DNA of 64,000 bases. It comes from Dyella sp. GTDB taxonomy: Bacteria > Pseudomonadota > Gammaproteobacteria > Xanthomonadales > Rhodanobacteraceae. Position numbers and translations under genes: made by a program. The notes under the pieces were generated by a model. That model worked only from the letters and a program-made list of their open reading frames with translations, was not told the DNA's origin and did not search any database. This document shows, one piece after another, positions 1 through 11,368 of the stretch (positions are counted from its first letter, which is position 1; the number at the start of each line of letters is the position of its first letter). Where the stretch lies: contig DATJMR010000084.1 in NCBI GenBank assembly GCA_035508595.1, positions 768 to 64,767 of the forward strand, given 5' to 3'.

Positions 1-2
1 GC

Positions 3-689
3 CATGGGTTGAGCAACGTTAAAGTCGTCAACGAACATGGCGCCACGCACTACATCTATCCCATCGACTTGAACCATCTCACCGAATCGTTGGCGCCGCT
101 CAAATCGCTTCCGGAATGGGAGCGCATACCCTTTACGGGCGACTACGACATCCACGACATGATTACCTTCAAGGGTGCGGGAAGGCCCCGCAGCACCCTT
201 TCTGCATCCGACGAAGAAACGCAGATCATTAACCTCATTACCAAGGCCGTCTCCGAGGTCGACATACATCGACCCCATACACCACCCTCTTCCAAAAGCA
301 CGGAATCAATCAACGATCACAGCGTTATTAAGCACGGAGCTCAAGTCAACTATGTGAACTTCATGATCCTTTCCGAGAAGGAAACGTTCAAACAAAAAGG
401 ATTGGTTCTCTCTGTTGCAGAGCCGGGAGAATTTCCTCTTGCCATGCTCGATCGGGGAACCTGGAGCATCATACGGAACAAAAGTCAGCTGAAAGCCTTC
501 TATGAAGGCGTCGGAGCGGTCATGAAGGAAGCATGGACGGATAATGGTGCGGTGAAATACCACTCCTATGGCTATATGCGTACAAATACCCAAGGCTTCG
601 TTGGGAAAAGAACCATTCCGGATATTCCTCGCAGTGGCAGCAGCAGCAGCAGCAGCGGCGGCAGCGAAGGCGACGACATGCTTGATTAG
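3..689 (+). CDS. 3' part (5'-truncated by window) of a putative toxin with an anthrax-EF/CyaA/ExoY-like nucleotidyl cyclase domain, possibly the C-terminal domain of an Rhs/TccC protein
   Basis: The frame is open from the window edge. It contains PFTGDYDIHD (cf. EF PLTADYDLF) and VIKHGAQ (cf. EF VVNHGTE), is visibly lower in GC than neighbours, and ends in a Ser/Gly tail. Confidence 0.55.
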   Translation, partial: HGLSNVKVVNEHGATHYIYPIDLNHLTESLAPLKSLPEWERIPFTGDYDIHDMITFKGAGRPRSTLSASDEETQIINLITKAVSEVDIHRPHTPPSSKSTESINDHSVIKHGAQVNYVNFMILSEKETFKQKGLVLSVAEPGEFPLAMLDRGTWSIIRNKSQLKAFYEGVGAVMKEAWTDNGAVKYHSYGYMRTNTQGFVGKRTIPDIPRSGSSSSSSGGSEGDDMLD

Positions 690-850
690 CATCGGCACAC
701 CCGTCTCTTCTTTACGCGGCAATCGCTATACGTTGCGCCTCTATTGAGAACATAAGCGAGACAAAAGCGTCGCTGGTTGAACGTCCAACCGGTTGGCTCA
801 ACACGTTCTCACTCCAACGCCGAGGCAACCATATCGATGCAGCTCGGCGA

Positions 851-1240
851 TCACGGCAACGTGTATTCGAACGCGTAGGAGTGTTTGCCTTGCTCGATCA
901 GGATTTGCATCGTGCCGCTCAGACCCGTCAAGTCCTCCGTGCCCGAATCGGGCACGACCGTCACCGACAATTGCGGCACACCACGATTCATGACGCCGTG
1001 GTGCTGCAGCACAAAGCTTCCGCGCCTGCCATGTAAGGTGCCGGTCACGCGCTCGATCGCCACATAGCCTGCCGAACCTTGCACTTGCCCCATGGCGGAC
1101 AGCATTTCGCCGAGGCTGGCTGCCTGCAGGTCGCCATGGAACTGCTTGTCGATGGTCATCCGGCCCAGATGGGCCGGCTCGATACCGGCGGCCGCCGGCT
1201 GCGGGGCGAGTTTTACGTCGAAAGGTCCGGTTGCGTGCAT
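851..1240 (-). CDS. DUF3224 family beta-barrel protein
   Basis: 129 aa with MHATGPFDVK, GSAGYVAIERVTGTLHGRRGSFVLQH and VVPDSGT..LTGLSG, typical of DUF3224. RBS AGGAG upstream. Confidence 0.85.
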   Translation of the reverse strand: MHATGPFDVKLAPQPAAAGIEPAHLGRMTIDKQFHGDLQAASLGEMLSAMGQVQGSAGYVAIERVTGTLHGRRGSFVLQHHGVMNRGVPQLSVTVVPDSGTEDLTGLSGTMQILIEQGKHSYAFEYTLP

Positions 1241-1293
1241 AGTGCGATGCTCCTATTCGCTTTCCTGTCAGGACATTAGTACAACGTACCGCC

Positions 1294-2154
1294 ATGACGA
1301 TTGGAAAAACGCGACAGTACCCCGCCTGCGGCGAACGCGCCATGGATAGCCGCCTAGACAAGCCTCGCGGCGTATTGCGTCAACGCCTGGAACAGGGCGA
1401 GTTTCAACATGCCCGTCGCGCACCTTCACCCGCCCTGGCGGCGCTGATTGAACATTACTGGTACGTGGCGTGGGATCTGCGCGGTTTGCCGCCGCAGCAA
1501 CAGGAAACACTGCCCCATCCGAACGTGCAATTCGTTGTCGAACCGGAACGGACAGGCATATACGGTGTGCATTCCGGGCGCTTCACGCGCTTGCTTGAAG
1601 GTCAAGGCCGTGTGTTCGGCATCAAGTTCAAGGCAGGCGGATTTTTCCCGTTTTTCCGCGAACCGGTTTCCGGTCTGATGGACCGCTCGCTCGAACCCTG
1701 CCGCATTTTCGGAGATGACGCCGCACGCTACGAATCGGACATCTTCGCCAGCAACGATATGGAGGCGATGGTGGCCGCCGCCGAACGCTTGTTGTTGACC
1801 CACCGGCCGCCTGACGACCCCAACGTAACGCGTGTCACCGCCATGGTCGCCAGCATTGTCGAGGATCGCTGCCTGACATCGGTCGAGACCCTCGCCGAGC
1901 GTAACGGCCTGACCAAACGCGCGTTGCAACGGCTGTTCCATCAATACGTCGGCATCGGCCCCAAATGGGTGATCAGCCGCTACCGGTTGCATGAAGCCGT
2001 CGCGCAGCTGCAAGCGGGCACCCCGATTGACTGGGCAGAACTCGCGCTTGCGCTGGGTTATTTCGATCAGGCGCATTTCATTCGCGACTTTCGCAAGCTG
2101 GTGGGACGCACACCTGCGGAGTACGCACGCGTCGAAGGCAAGTCCGGCGACTGA
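1294..2154 (+). CDS. AraC-family transcriptional regulator (DUF6597-type N-terminal domain); start may be 1342
   Basis: C-terminal HTH ending WAELALALGYFDQAHFIRDFRKLVGRTP; divergent from the DUF3224 gene. Confidence 0.9.
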   Translation: MTIGKTRQYPACGERAMDSRLDKPRGVLRQRLEQGEFQHARRAPSPALAALIEHYWYVAWDLRGLPPQQQETLPHPNVQFVVEPERTGIYGVHSGRFTRLLEGQGRVFGIKFKAGGFFPFFREPVSGLMDRSLEPCRIFGDDAARYESDIFASNDMEAMVAAAERLLLTHRPPDDPNVTRVTAMVASIVEDRCLTSVETLAERNGLTKRALQRLFHQYVGIGPKWVISRYRLHEAVAQLQAGTPIDWAELALALGYFDQAHFIRDFRKLVGRTPAEYARVEGKSGD

Positions 2155-2281
2155 CATCATATGGCTCGTCTTATCGGTAATCTGATGCCCGCCGGCAGCC
2201 GACTTATTTTTTATGTGATTTATACGACGCCTTGAAAAGCCGATATAGCCATTTTATGCATCGGGGTCCGAAAATGCCGTC

Positions 2282-2503
2282 ATGAAGATATCGACGATAC
2301 GCATGACTTTGGCACCACGCACAAGGCGGCGCCTTGGCCCGGTTGTTCTGGCGTTACTGTTCTTGCTGTCGGTGTTTCAGTTGACGCATCAGCCCGCGGG
2401 CGTTAACCCAGGCTTTGTCGATCTGTGGCGGGGACTCGCGGTCGGATCGCTATTTCTTTTCTTCTGCCTTCCGAGCTCGAAGCATTCCCGCTCCGATCTT
2501 TGA
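2282..2503 (+). CDS. Small hypothetical membrane protein (two hydrophobic segments)
   Basis: 73-aa ORF filling the gap before the thiC stop, with an AT-rich upstream region and two TM-like stretches. Confidence 0.4.
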   Translation: MKISTIRMTLAPRTRRRLGPVVLALLFLLSVFQLTHQPAGVNPGFVDLWRGLAVGSLFLFFCLPSSKHSRSDL

Positions 2504-2540
2504 GCAACTGGCAAGCGCCAGCTGCTCAAAGCCGTACTCA

Positions 2541-4602
<2,062 letters not shown>

Positions 4603-4663
4603 ACAGCCTTTTCAGGCCCCGCTATTTGAACACGAAGCGGGGCGATAAACGAGTGAGGTGGTC

Positions 4664-4818
4664 TTAGGGCCGCTAGCAAAACGTAGCGAACCGCCGCCAA
4701 GGGGTGCGGGCGGCGCGCAGGAACCGACGCCTACTGACGCATACGCATATATGTGGGGATTCCGGGTACCGGTCGCGCCCGTATGGCGGCGGCGCAGTAG
4801 TTTTGCTGGCAGTTCTAA
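4664..4818. mobile_element. MITE-like non-autonomous element
   Basis: Imperfect terminal inverted repeats TTAGGGCCGCTAGCAAAAC / GTTTTGCTGGCAGTTCTAA, internal stems and no ORF; resembles short repeats recalled from Xanthomonas genomes. Confidence 0.6.
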
Positions 4819-4821
4819 CGC

Positions 4822-5469
4822 TTAACGGCGGTAGGCACGCAGAAACATGGTCACGCCTGCACGGGCGTTTTCTTCCACTTCCCTGGCATAGGTCTGTGCG
4901 CAATCGGTGCAACCGAACATGTGGCGCATCATCATGTCGCCCTTGATCAGCGAGATGAACTGGATGGCGGCACGCTGCACGTCGGCGATGTCGAGCTTGC
5001 CGGCATCGACAGCCTGCTGCATCAGGCGCTCCAGCAAGGCACGCGAACGCATCGGGCCTTCTTCCCACATCAGTTTGCCGTAGCGGGGATTGCCCTGGCG
5101 GCAATCGCTGAGAATCGCGCGGAACGTGCCCACGGTTTCCGGGTTGCAATCCAGGTTGGCGTGAATCTGCGCGATGCGATGGAGAATGTCGCCGATGTCG
5201 GCGCTGGGGTCGAACTGGTAGGTCTCTTCGGGAAGAAGGTCCTGCACGCGAGCGCGGATGACTTCGCGGAACAAGTTGTCCTTATCGCCAAAGTGACTAT
5301 AGACGGTCAGCTTGGATACGCCTGCCTCGGCGGCAATGGCATCCATGCTGGTACCGGCGAAGGCATTGCGTATGAACAGAGCCTTGGCGGCATCGAGAAT
5401 GGCCGCGCGCTTTTCCATGTCCTTAGGGCGGCCTGGCCCGTGCGGCTTGGTCAGCGGGATCGAGTTCAT
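4822..5469 (-). CDS. TetR/AcrR family transcriptional regulator
   Basis: GRPKDMEKRAAILDAAKALF...SMDAIAAEAGVSKLTVYSHF N-terminal HTH. Confidence 0.93.
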   Translation of the reverse strand: MNSIPLTKPHGPGRPKDMEKRAAILDAAKALFIRNAFAGTSMDAIAAEAGVSKLTVYSHFGDKDNLFREVIRARVQDLLPEETYQFDPSADIGDILHRIAQIHANLDCNPETVGTFRAILSDCRQGNPRYGKLMWEEGPMRSRALLERLMQQAVDAGKLDIADVQRAAIQFISLIKGDMMMRHMFGCTDCAQTYAREVEENARAGVTMFLRAYRR

Positions 5470-5554
5470 GGGAGCACCTTCACAAATCAAAAAACCCAAT
5501 TTATTATACGGGTCGGTTTAATTATTTCCTGAATGATACCGAATATTTCGGCCG

Positions 5555-5884
5555 ATGTGCGCGACCACCCCCGAATTGGCGCTTAGCGCCCACTATCGCA
5601 AGGCCCAACGCCTACTTTCGGGGTGGTTGGAGAGCGGCTGGACAGCGCGCAGACAGGTGTTTGCGATCCGGACCGCTCTGGCCGCCCTCGATGCCGTCGA
5701 CCGGCACCGCCTGACCCGCTGGCTGGCATGGTGGTGCCTGGCGTTTGCCCGCCGAGGCGAGTGGTTGCTGGGGCGCATCGAACGGCTGGATCCCGTGCTC
5801 GGCGCGAGTACCGAATTGGCGCTTTCACAGCTGCCGATGAGTATCGATCCAAGCATGATTCTTCGCGCTCGAAAAAGCGCGTAA
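5555..5884 (+). CDS. Hypothetical protein
   Basis: 109-aa ORF filling the tetR-pcm gap, divergent from tetR; no recognised motif. Confidence 0.45.
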   Translation: MCATTPELALSAHYRKAQRLLSGWLESGWTARRQVFAIRTALAALDAVDRHRLTRWLAWWCLAFARRGEWLLGRIERLDPVLGASTELALSQLPMSIDPSMILRARKSA

Positions 5885-6046
5885 GTGTCCGCGGACACAG
5901 GCTATTACATGACTTACGTCAGATCATCGCGATGACTTCCGGCACTTCGTACAAATCGGGCGCCACCTCACGCTAACCATTGTCGAAACAGGGTCTAAAC
6001 GCTTATCCTTTTTGACCTTTTTTCGCTCTCTATAGGCTCGTTTTCC

Positions 6047-6706
6047 ATGGCGATGAACTTCGATCAGGCGCGTCAAAACATGGTTGAAAACCAAGTGCGC
6101 CCTTGGGAGGTGTTGGACGGTCGCGTGCTGGAGGTGTTACGCCACGTTCGCCGCGAAGACTTCGTCGCGCCCGCGCATCGCCAATTGGCCTTTGCCGATC
6201 TGTGTCTGCCGCTTGGCCACGGCGAAGTGATGATGAAACCGGTGCTGGAAGGCCGCGTGCTGCAGGCGCTGGATCTGAAGCCTGAAGACAACGTGCTGGA
6301 AATCGGCACGGGCTCGGGTTTTCTCACCGCCTGCCTGGCCAACCTCGCCGCGCATGTCACCAGCGTGGACATCCATGCCGATTTCACCGCCGCCGCGGGC
6401 CAGCGTCTGCAAGCGGCCGGCATCACCCATGCGCAGCTGCTGACCGGTGAAGCCGTCAACGCATGGCAGGCGCAAGGCACGTTCGACGCGGTGGTTGTCA
6501 CCGGCGCCGTTTACCGTATCCCCGACCGTTTCCTTGGCTGGCTCAAGCCGGGCGGCCGTCTGCTTGCCGTTCGCGGCGAGTCGCCGGTGCAGCAAGTGAT
6601 GCTGATCACGCACGAAGGCAACGGCCGTTATCGCGAAGAGAGCCTGCTCGAGACGGATCTTCCCTATCTCGCGCATGCCGAACCTCCGCGCAGTTTTGTT
6701 TTCTGA
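6047..6706 (+). CDS. pcm: Protein-L-isoaspartate O-methyltransferase
   Basis: ARQNMVENQVRPW and the SAM motif VLEIGTGSGF; in the pcm-tolC arrangement. Confidence 0.93.
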   Translation: MAMNFDQARQNMVENQVRPWEVLDGRVLEVLRHVRREDFVAPAHRQLAFADLCLPLGHGEVMMKPVLEGRVLQALDLKPEDNVLEIGTGSGFLTACLANLAAHVTSVDIHADFTAAAGQRLQAAGITHAQLLTGEAVNAWQAQGTFDAVVVTGAVYRIPDRFLGWLKPGGRLLAVRGESPVQQVMLITHEGNGRYREESLLETDLPYLAHAEPPRSFVF

Positions 6707-6737
6707 CCCCCGATCCCCGAACCTTACGAGGCGAATC

Positions 6738-8087
6738 ATGCGCTTGAAGCTTCTGACCCTTGCCCTGACCCTGGCGGCAGTTTCCCTGCCCAGCCATGGC
6801 GAGGATTTGCTGGATGCATACCGTCAGGCGCGTGCAAACGACCCTGTACTGGCGCAGGCCGATGCCACCCGCCTTGCGGTGCATGAAGGCGTGCCGCAGG
6901 CACGCGCGTTGTTGCTGCCGCAGATCAGCGCCGGCATGGATCTCAATCAGCAGAGCCTCTCCGGCAGCGGCAGCAACCTGGGCCAGTCCAACGGCGAGGA
7001 TCTGGGCGGCCATGAGCGCACGCGCTCGATTTCGGCCACGCTGAGCCAGACCATTCTCAACCTGTCCGATATCGCGAACCTGCAGGCCGCGCACTCCACC
7101 GCCGATGCGCAGGAAAAAACCTATGAAGCCGCCGCGCAGAATTTGTTCGTGCGCGTGGCGGGGGCCTACTTCACGGTGTTGAACGACGAGGAACAAGTCG
7201 CCTACGCCAAAGCCAACGAAGAGGCCTACCGCGTCACCTACGACCAGGCCGAGCAGCAGTACAAGGTGGGTATCTCCGCTATCACCAACGTCTATCAGGC
7301 CAAGTCGTATTACGAAGCCGCCAAGGCGACCACCGTCACGTACCAAAACACCCTGGCCAACGATCGCCAGGCGCTGAGCGTCATCACCGGCCAGCCGGTC
7401 GGCGACTTGAAGAAGCTCCGCGACGATCTGCCGATGAACGCGCCGTCGCCGGCCGATCCGCAATCGTGGGTGGACAGCTCGCTCAAGAACAACCCCACCC
7501 TGGCGTCGGCGCAGCTTTCCGTGGATGCCGCCGAGCATTCGATCAACGCGGCTCGCGCCAACCACTTGCCGACGATTACCGGCACCGTCACGCGCGCCAA
7601 GACCACCGCCTGGCTGGAAAACGGTAGCTACAACGCCCTGGGTGCCAATGGCAACGGCCGCTACGGCAATACCATCGGCATCTCGCTGTCGGTGCCGATC
7701 TTCGAAGGCGGCGCCACGCAGTCGAAAGTGCGCCAATCCATCGATGAGCGCGACGAAGCGCAGGATACGCTGGAACTGACCCGCCGCCAGACCGTGCAGA
7801 ACACGCTGAACTACTACAACTCGGTACTCGCCGGCATCAGCGAAGTGGAATCGGGCAAGGCCGCCGTGGATTCGGCGCAGAAAGCCGTCGACGCCACCAA
7901 AGCAGGTTTCCAGGTGGGCACCCAGATCATGCTGGACGTGCTGAACTCGATTCAGCAGCTCACGCAGGCGCAGAGCACCTATTCGACCGCACGTCACCAG
8001 CTGGTGCTCAACCGTCTATTGCTCAAGCAATCGGCCGGCACCATCGGTTACGACGATCTGCAGTACGTGAACTCGTTGCTTCAGTAA
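6738..8087 (+). CDS. tolC: TolC family outer-membrane channel
   Basis: Signal peptide MRLKLLTLAL..., EDLLDAYRQARANDP and two OEP repeats. Confidence 0.93.
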   Translation: MRLKLLTLALTLAAVSLPSHGEDLLDAYRQARANDPVLAQADATRLAVHEGVPQARALLLPQISAGMDLNQQSLSGSGSNLGQSNGEDLGGHERTRSISATLSQTILNLSDIANLQAAHSTADAQEKTYEAAAQNLFVRVAGAYFTVLNDEEQVAYAKANEEAYRVTYDQAEQQYKVGISAITNVYQAKSYYEAAKATTVTYQNTLANDRQALSVITGQPVGDLKKLRDDLPMNAPSPADPQSWVDSSLKNNPTLASAQLSVDAAEHSINAARANHLPTITGTVTRAKTTAWLENGSYNALGANGNGRYGNTIGISLSVPIFEGGATQSKVRQSIDERDEAQDTLELTRRQTVQNTLNYYNSVLAGISEVESGKAAVDSAQKAVDATKAGFQVGTQIMLDVLNSIQQLTQAQSTYSTARHQLVLNRLLLKQSAGTIGYDDLQYVNSLLQ

Positions 8088-8111
8088 CGTCTCGGCGCTC
8101 GGTCGCCGACC

Positions 8112-8141
8112 AAAAAGGCCGGGGCATCCCGGCCTTTTTTT
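8112..8141. terminator. Bidirectional rho-independent terminator
   Basis: AAAAAGGCCGGG-GCAT-CCCGGCCTTTTTTT between convergent tolC and waaA. Confidence 0.85.
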
Positions 8142-8148
8142 ATGCGCA

Positions 8149-9414
8149 TCATTCCTGCAGCATGCGATCGATCAACGCCATCACGCGCCCCACCGCGCCG
8201 CGCTCGCTGTCGAACACCACCCTCGCCTGCCGCCCCATCAGCCTGCATCGTGTTTCGTCCTGCAGCAGACGAAGCACTTCGGCACCCAGCCCGTCGCTTT
8301 GCAGCACCCGCTTGGCGCCGCCGCCGCGGATCAGCGCCAACGTGATTTCTTCGAAATTGAACGTGTGCGGCCCAACCAGCACCGGCCTGGACAACGCGGC
8401 GGGCTCCAGCACGTTGTGGCCGCCGATCGGCACGAGGCTGCCGCCGACAAAGGCCAGATCGGACGCCGCGAAGAACGGCATCAGCTCGCCCATCGTGTCG
8501 ATCAAAAACACCTGATGCGATTCGCCCGGCACACGATCCGTGCTGCGCATGGCCATGGTGAAGCCCAGGCTGCGTACCGAATGTTCCACCACCCGGAAGC
8601 GCTCGGGGTGGCGCGGCGCGATCAACAGCAAGGCGTCGGGAACGCGCTTGAGCACCTCCAGATGCGCTTCCAGTACCGCGAGCTCTTCGCCTTCATGCGT
8701 GCTGGCCGCCGTCCACACCGGGCGCAGGCGTCCCCATTGCTGACGGAACGTTTCCCCGCCTTCCAGAGCACCTTCCGGCACTGGCATGTCGAACTTCAGA
8801 TTGCCGCTCACGGTAACCAGGGCCGGGTCTGCGCCCAGCAATCGATAACGCGCCGCATCGGTGCGCGATTGCGCCGCAATCTGCCGCACGCAGCGCAGCG
8901 CCGAACGCAGCAATGCACGCATCGGCGCGTAGCCGCGCAGCGAACGACCGGAAAGGCGCGCATTGACGATCATCAACGGAATGCCGCGGCGATAACAGCC
9001 GAAATACAGATTCGGCCAAATCTCCGTCTCCACGATCAACGCCAGTCGCGGCCGCACCTGCTTCAAAAAGCGATGCACGGAAAACGGCAAATCGTAGGGC
9101 AGGTAGACGTGAAACACGCTGTCGCCGAAAAGCTGCTGCACGCGCGCCGAGCCCGTCGGCGTGACAGTGGTGACCACCAGCGGCGCCTCGGGATAATCCT
9201 GGCGCAACGCCTTGATCAACGGCTCGGCCGCGTTCACTTCGCCCACGGACACGGCATGCACCCAGATACTGCCGCGCAAATCCGGTGCCTTGAAAATGCC
9301 GAAGCGCTCCGGCCAGCGCTGATGGTAGTTGCCGTAGCGCATGCCGCGCGTCAGCAAGCGCAGCACGATCAGCGGCGTGGCCAGATACATCAGTAGCGTG
9401 TAGAGATAGCGCAA
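8149..9414 (-). CDS. waaA: 3-deoxy-D-manno-octulosonic acid transferase
   Basis: IWVHAVSVGE, ETEIWPN, AASTHEGEE and GGHNVLEPA; TTG start with AGGAG RBS. Confidence 0.96.
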   Translation of the reverse strand: MRYLYTLLMYLATPLIVLRLLTRGMRYGNYHQRWPERFGIFKAPDLRGSIWVHAVSVGEVNAAEPLIKALRQDYPEAPLVVTTVTPTGSARVQQLFGDSVFHVYLPYDLPFSVHRFLKQVRPRLALIVETEIWPNLYFGCYRRGIPLMIVNARLSGRSLRGYAPMRALLRSALRCVRQIAAQSRTDAARYRLLGADPALVTVSGNLKFDMPVPEGALEGGETFRQQWGRLRPVWTAASTHEGEELAVLEAHLEVLKRVPDALLLIAPRHPERFRVVEHSVRSLGFTMAMRSTDRVPGESHQVFLIDTMGELMPFFAASDLAFVGGSLVPIGGHNVLEPAALSRPVLVGPHTFNFEEITLALIRGGGAKRVLQSDGLGAEVLRLLQDETRCRLMGRQARVVFDSERGAVGRVMALIDRMLQE

Positions 9415-9518
9415 CGAAGACTCCTGTCCAGGACGCGGAAGTATACGGGCGACGCCGCATGCATACTCCCCCTTCCCAGAGGGCGTAGGCATGCATGCGT
9501 ACCGCTACAATGCGTCGG

Positions 9519-10445
9519 ATGCCCGGAACGCCTCGCCCCACCTTTACCCGCGCCCTGCTCGCACCAAGCCTTTGGCCGGCCTGGATCGGCGTGGGCATCA
9601 TGAAGCTCATCGCCATGCTTCCCTTCGGCGTGCTGATGGCCGTGGGCCGGATGCTGGGCGCGATCATCGAGCGCTTCCCCTCGCCCCGGCGCAACGTGGC
9701 CGCCATCAATATCGCGCTGTGTTTTCCGGAGCTCGATAGCAAGGCGCAAGCAGCCCTGGTCGATGCCCACCTGCGCGACATCGGCATGATGCTGATCGAA
9801 TTCGCGCTGGGATGGATGGGCTCCGAACGCGCCATCGAAAAAATTCCGGTGTCGTTCGAAGGGCTGGAGCATCTGCAGGCCGCGCATGCCGAAGGTCGCG
9901 GTGTGTTGCTGGTCGGCGGCCATTTCTCGCATCTGGAGCTTTGCGCACGACTGGTGTCGCAACGCATCCGCATTGCCGGCATGTATCGGCGCATGGACAA
10001 CCCCGTGTTCGAGTGGACGGTGCTGCGCGCACGCCTGGGTTATGCGCGTGCCATGTTCGACAAAGACGATATCCGCGGCACGGTGAAGTACCTGCGCAGC
10101 GGCGGCACGCTCTGGTACGCGCCCGATCAGGACATGCGCAGCAAGGACAACGCGTTCGTGCCGTTCTTCGGCGTAAAGGCCGCTACCATCACGGCCACGC
10201 ACCATCTGGCCCGCATGTCGCAAGCGGTGGTCGTTCCGTTCTTCCACCGGCGCCTGCCAGGAAGCCAGGGTTACGTTTTGCGCCTGGGCGCGCCACTGGA
10301 AGGGCTGCCCAGCACCGACATCGAGGCGGATACCGAACGCGTCAACCGCTGCATCGAGGACATGGTGCGCGAGGCGCCGGAGCAATATCTGTGGGTGCAC
10401 AAGCGATTCAAGACCCGCCCCGAAGGCTACCCGCCGATCTATTGA
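9519..10445 (+). CDS. lpxL: Lipid A late acyltransferase (LpxL/LpxP family)
   Basis: HFSHLE catalytic motif, YAPDQD and PEQYLWVHKRFKTRP; the start could be 9495/9510. Confidence 0.93.
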   Translation: MPGTPRPTFTRALLAPSLWPAWIGVGIMKLIAMLPFGVLMAVGRMLGAIIERFPSPRRNVAAINIALCFPELDSKAQAALVDAHLRDIGMMLIEFALGWMGSERAIEKIPVSFEGLEHLQAAHAEGRGVLLVGGHFSHLELCARLVSQRIRIAGMYRRMDNPVFEWTVLRARLGYARAMFDKDDIRGTVKYLRSGGTLWYAPDQDMRSKDNAFVPFFGVKAATITATHHLARMSQAVVVPFFHRRLPGSQGYVLRLGAPLEGLPSTDIEADTERVNRCIEDMVREAPEQYLWVHKRFKTRPEGYPPIY

Positions 10446-10630
10446 CCGCGGCGGGGCCGATCGCGACAGGCTAACGTCAGCCTCGACCGGTACATAAGCG
10501 GGCTGGCCTTTTTCGCGCGCCCCTTTGCCATGCCCCGCCACCGCTCATTCCGCCAGCCCCTACGCCATTGGGCATTACCGATTGCCGTAATATTTTACGC
10601 GCGGTCGTTAAGGAGTGCGGCGTGACCACG

Positions 10631-11368
10631 ATGGACGGACAGCAGGCCTCTGCCTGCCCGATTTTCATGTACCACAATATTGCGCAGGCGCCGCGCGACC
10701 TGCGCCGCTGGCGCAGCTTGTATGTGAGCCCCGGTGCGTTCGCGCGCCAGATGTGGCTGCTGAAGCGGCTTGGCTATACGGGCGTGTCGATGGCCGATGC
10801 GATGCCTTTCTTGCGCGGCGAGCAGCCAGGGCGCATCGCCGTGATCACGCTGGACGACGGCTATGTGGACAATCTCCAATCCGCACTGCCGGTGTTGCAG
10901 CGGTACGGTTTCACGGCGACGTGTTACGTCGTGAGCGGCCGCATCGGTCGCTACAACGACTGGGACGCCGAGAAACTTGGCATCCGCAAACCGCTGATGA
11001 CATCCGCGCAGATGCGCGCCTGGCGCGACGGCGGCATGGAAATCGGCGCGCACACACGCAACCATCCGCGGCTCACGCAATGCAACGACGACCGGCTTTA
11101 TGACGAGATCGCCGGCAGCAAAGCCGATCTGGAAGACGCGCTGGGCACACCCGTCACGCAGTTTTGCTATCCGTACGGCGACATGAACGATCGCGTCGCG
11201 GATGTCACGCGTGCCTGCGGTTATATGGCCGCCACCACCACACGGCGCGGACGCGCGATCGTCGGCACCGATCTTTGGCGCCTACCGCGCGTGCAAATCG
11301 CGCGTCACCATGTGCTGCCGCAGTTCGCCATGCGTGCCTTCACCAACTACGAGAACAAGCGCGCATGA
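10631..11368 (+). CDS. Polysaccharide deacetylase (CE4/NodB)
   Basis: PIFMYH, ITLDDGY, EIGAHTRNH and FCYPYG motifs. Confidence 0.92.
   Translation: MDGQQASACPIFMYHNIAQAPRDLRRWRSLYVSPGAFARQMWLLKRLGYTGVSMADAMPFLRGEQPGRIAVITLDDGYVDNLQSALPVLQRYGFTATCYVVSGRIGRYNDWDAEKLGIRKPLMTSAQMRAWRDGGMEIGAHTRNHPRLTQCNDDRLYDEIAGSKADLEDALGTPVTQFCYPYGDMNDRVADVTRACGYMAATTTRRGRAIVGTDLWRLPRVQIARHHVLPQFAMRAFTNYENKRA

Noticed and set aside
631-666. (AGC)n trinucleotide run
   Set aside because: An in-frame poly-Ser/Gly tail; length changes would not shift the frame, so it is not a phase-variation tract.
5989-6004. Met-box-like CAGGGTCT AAACGCTT before pcm, and similar 8-mers at 779-794, 1348-1363 and 35642-35657
   Set aside because: Only 4-6/8 matches without a strong tandem pair, and some lie in coding or convergent regions; within chance expectation.
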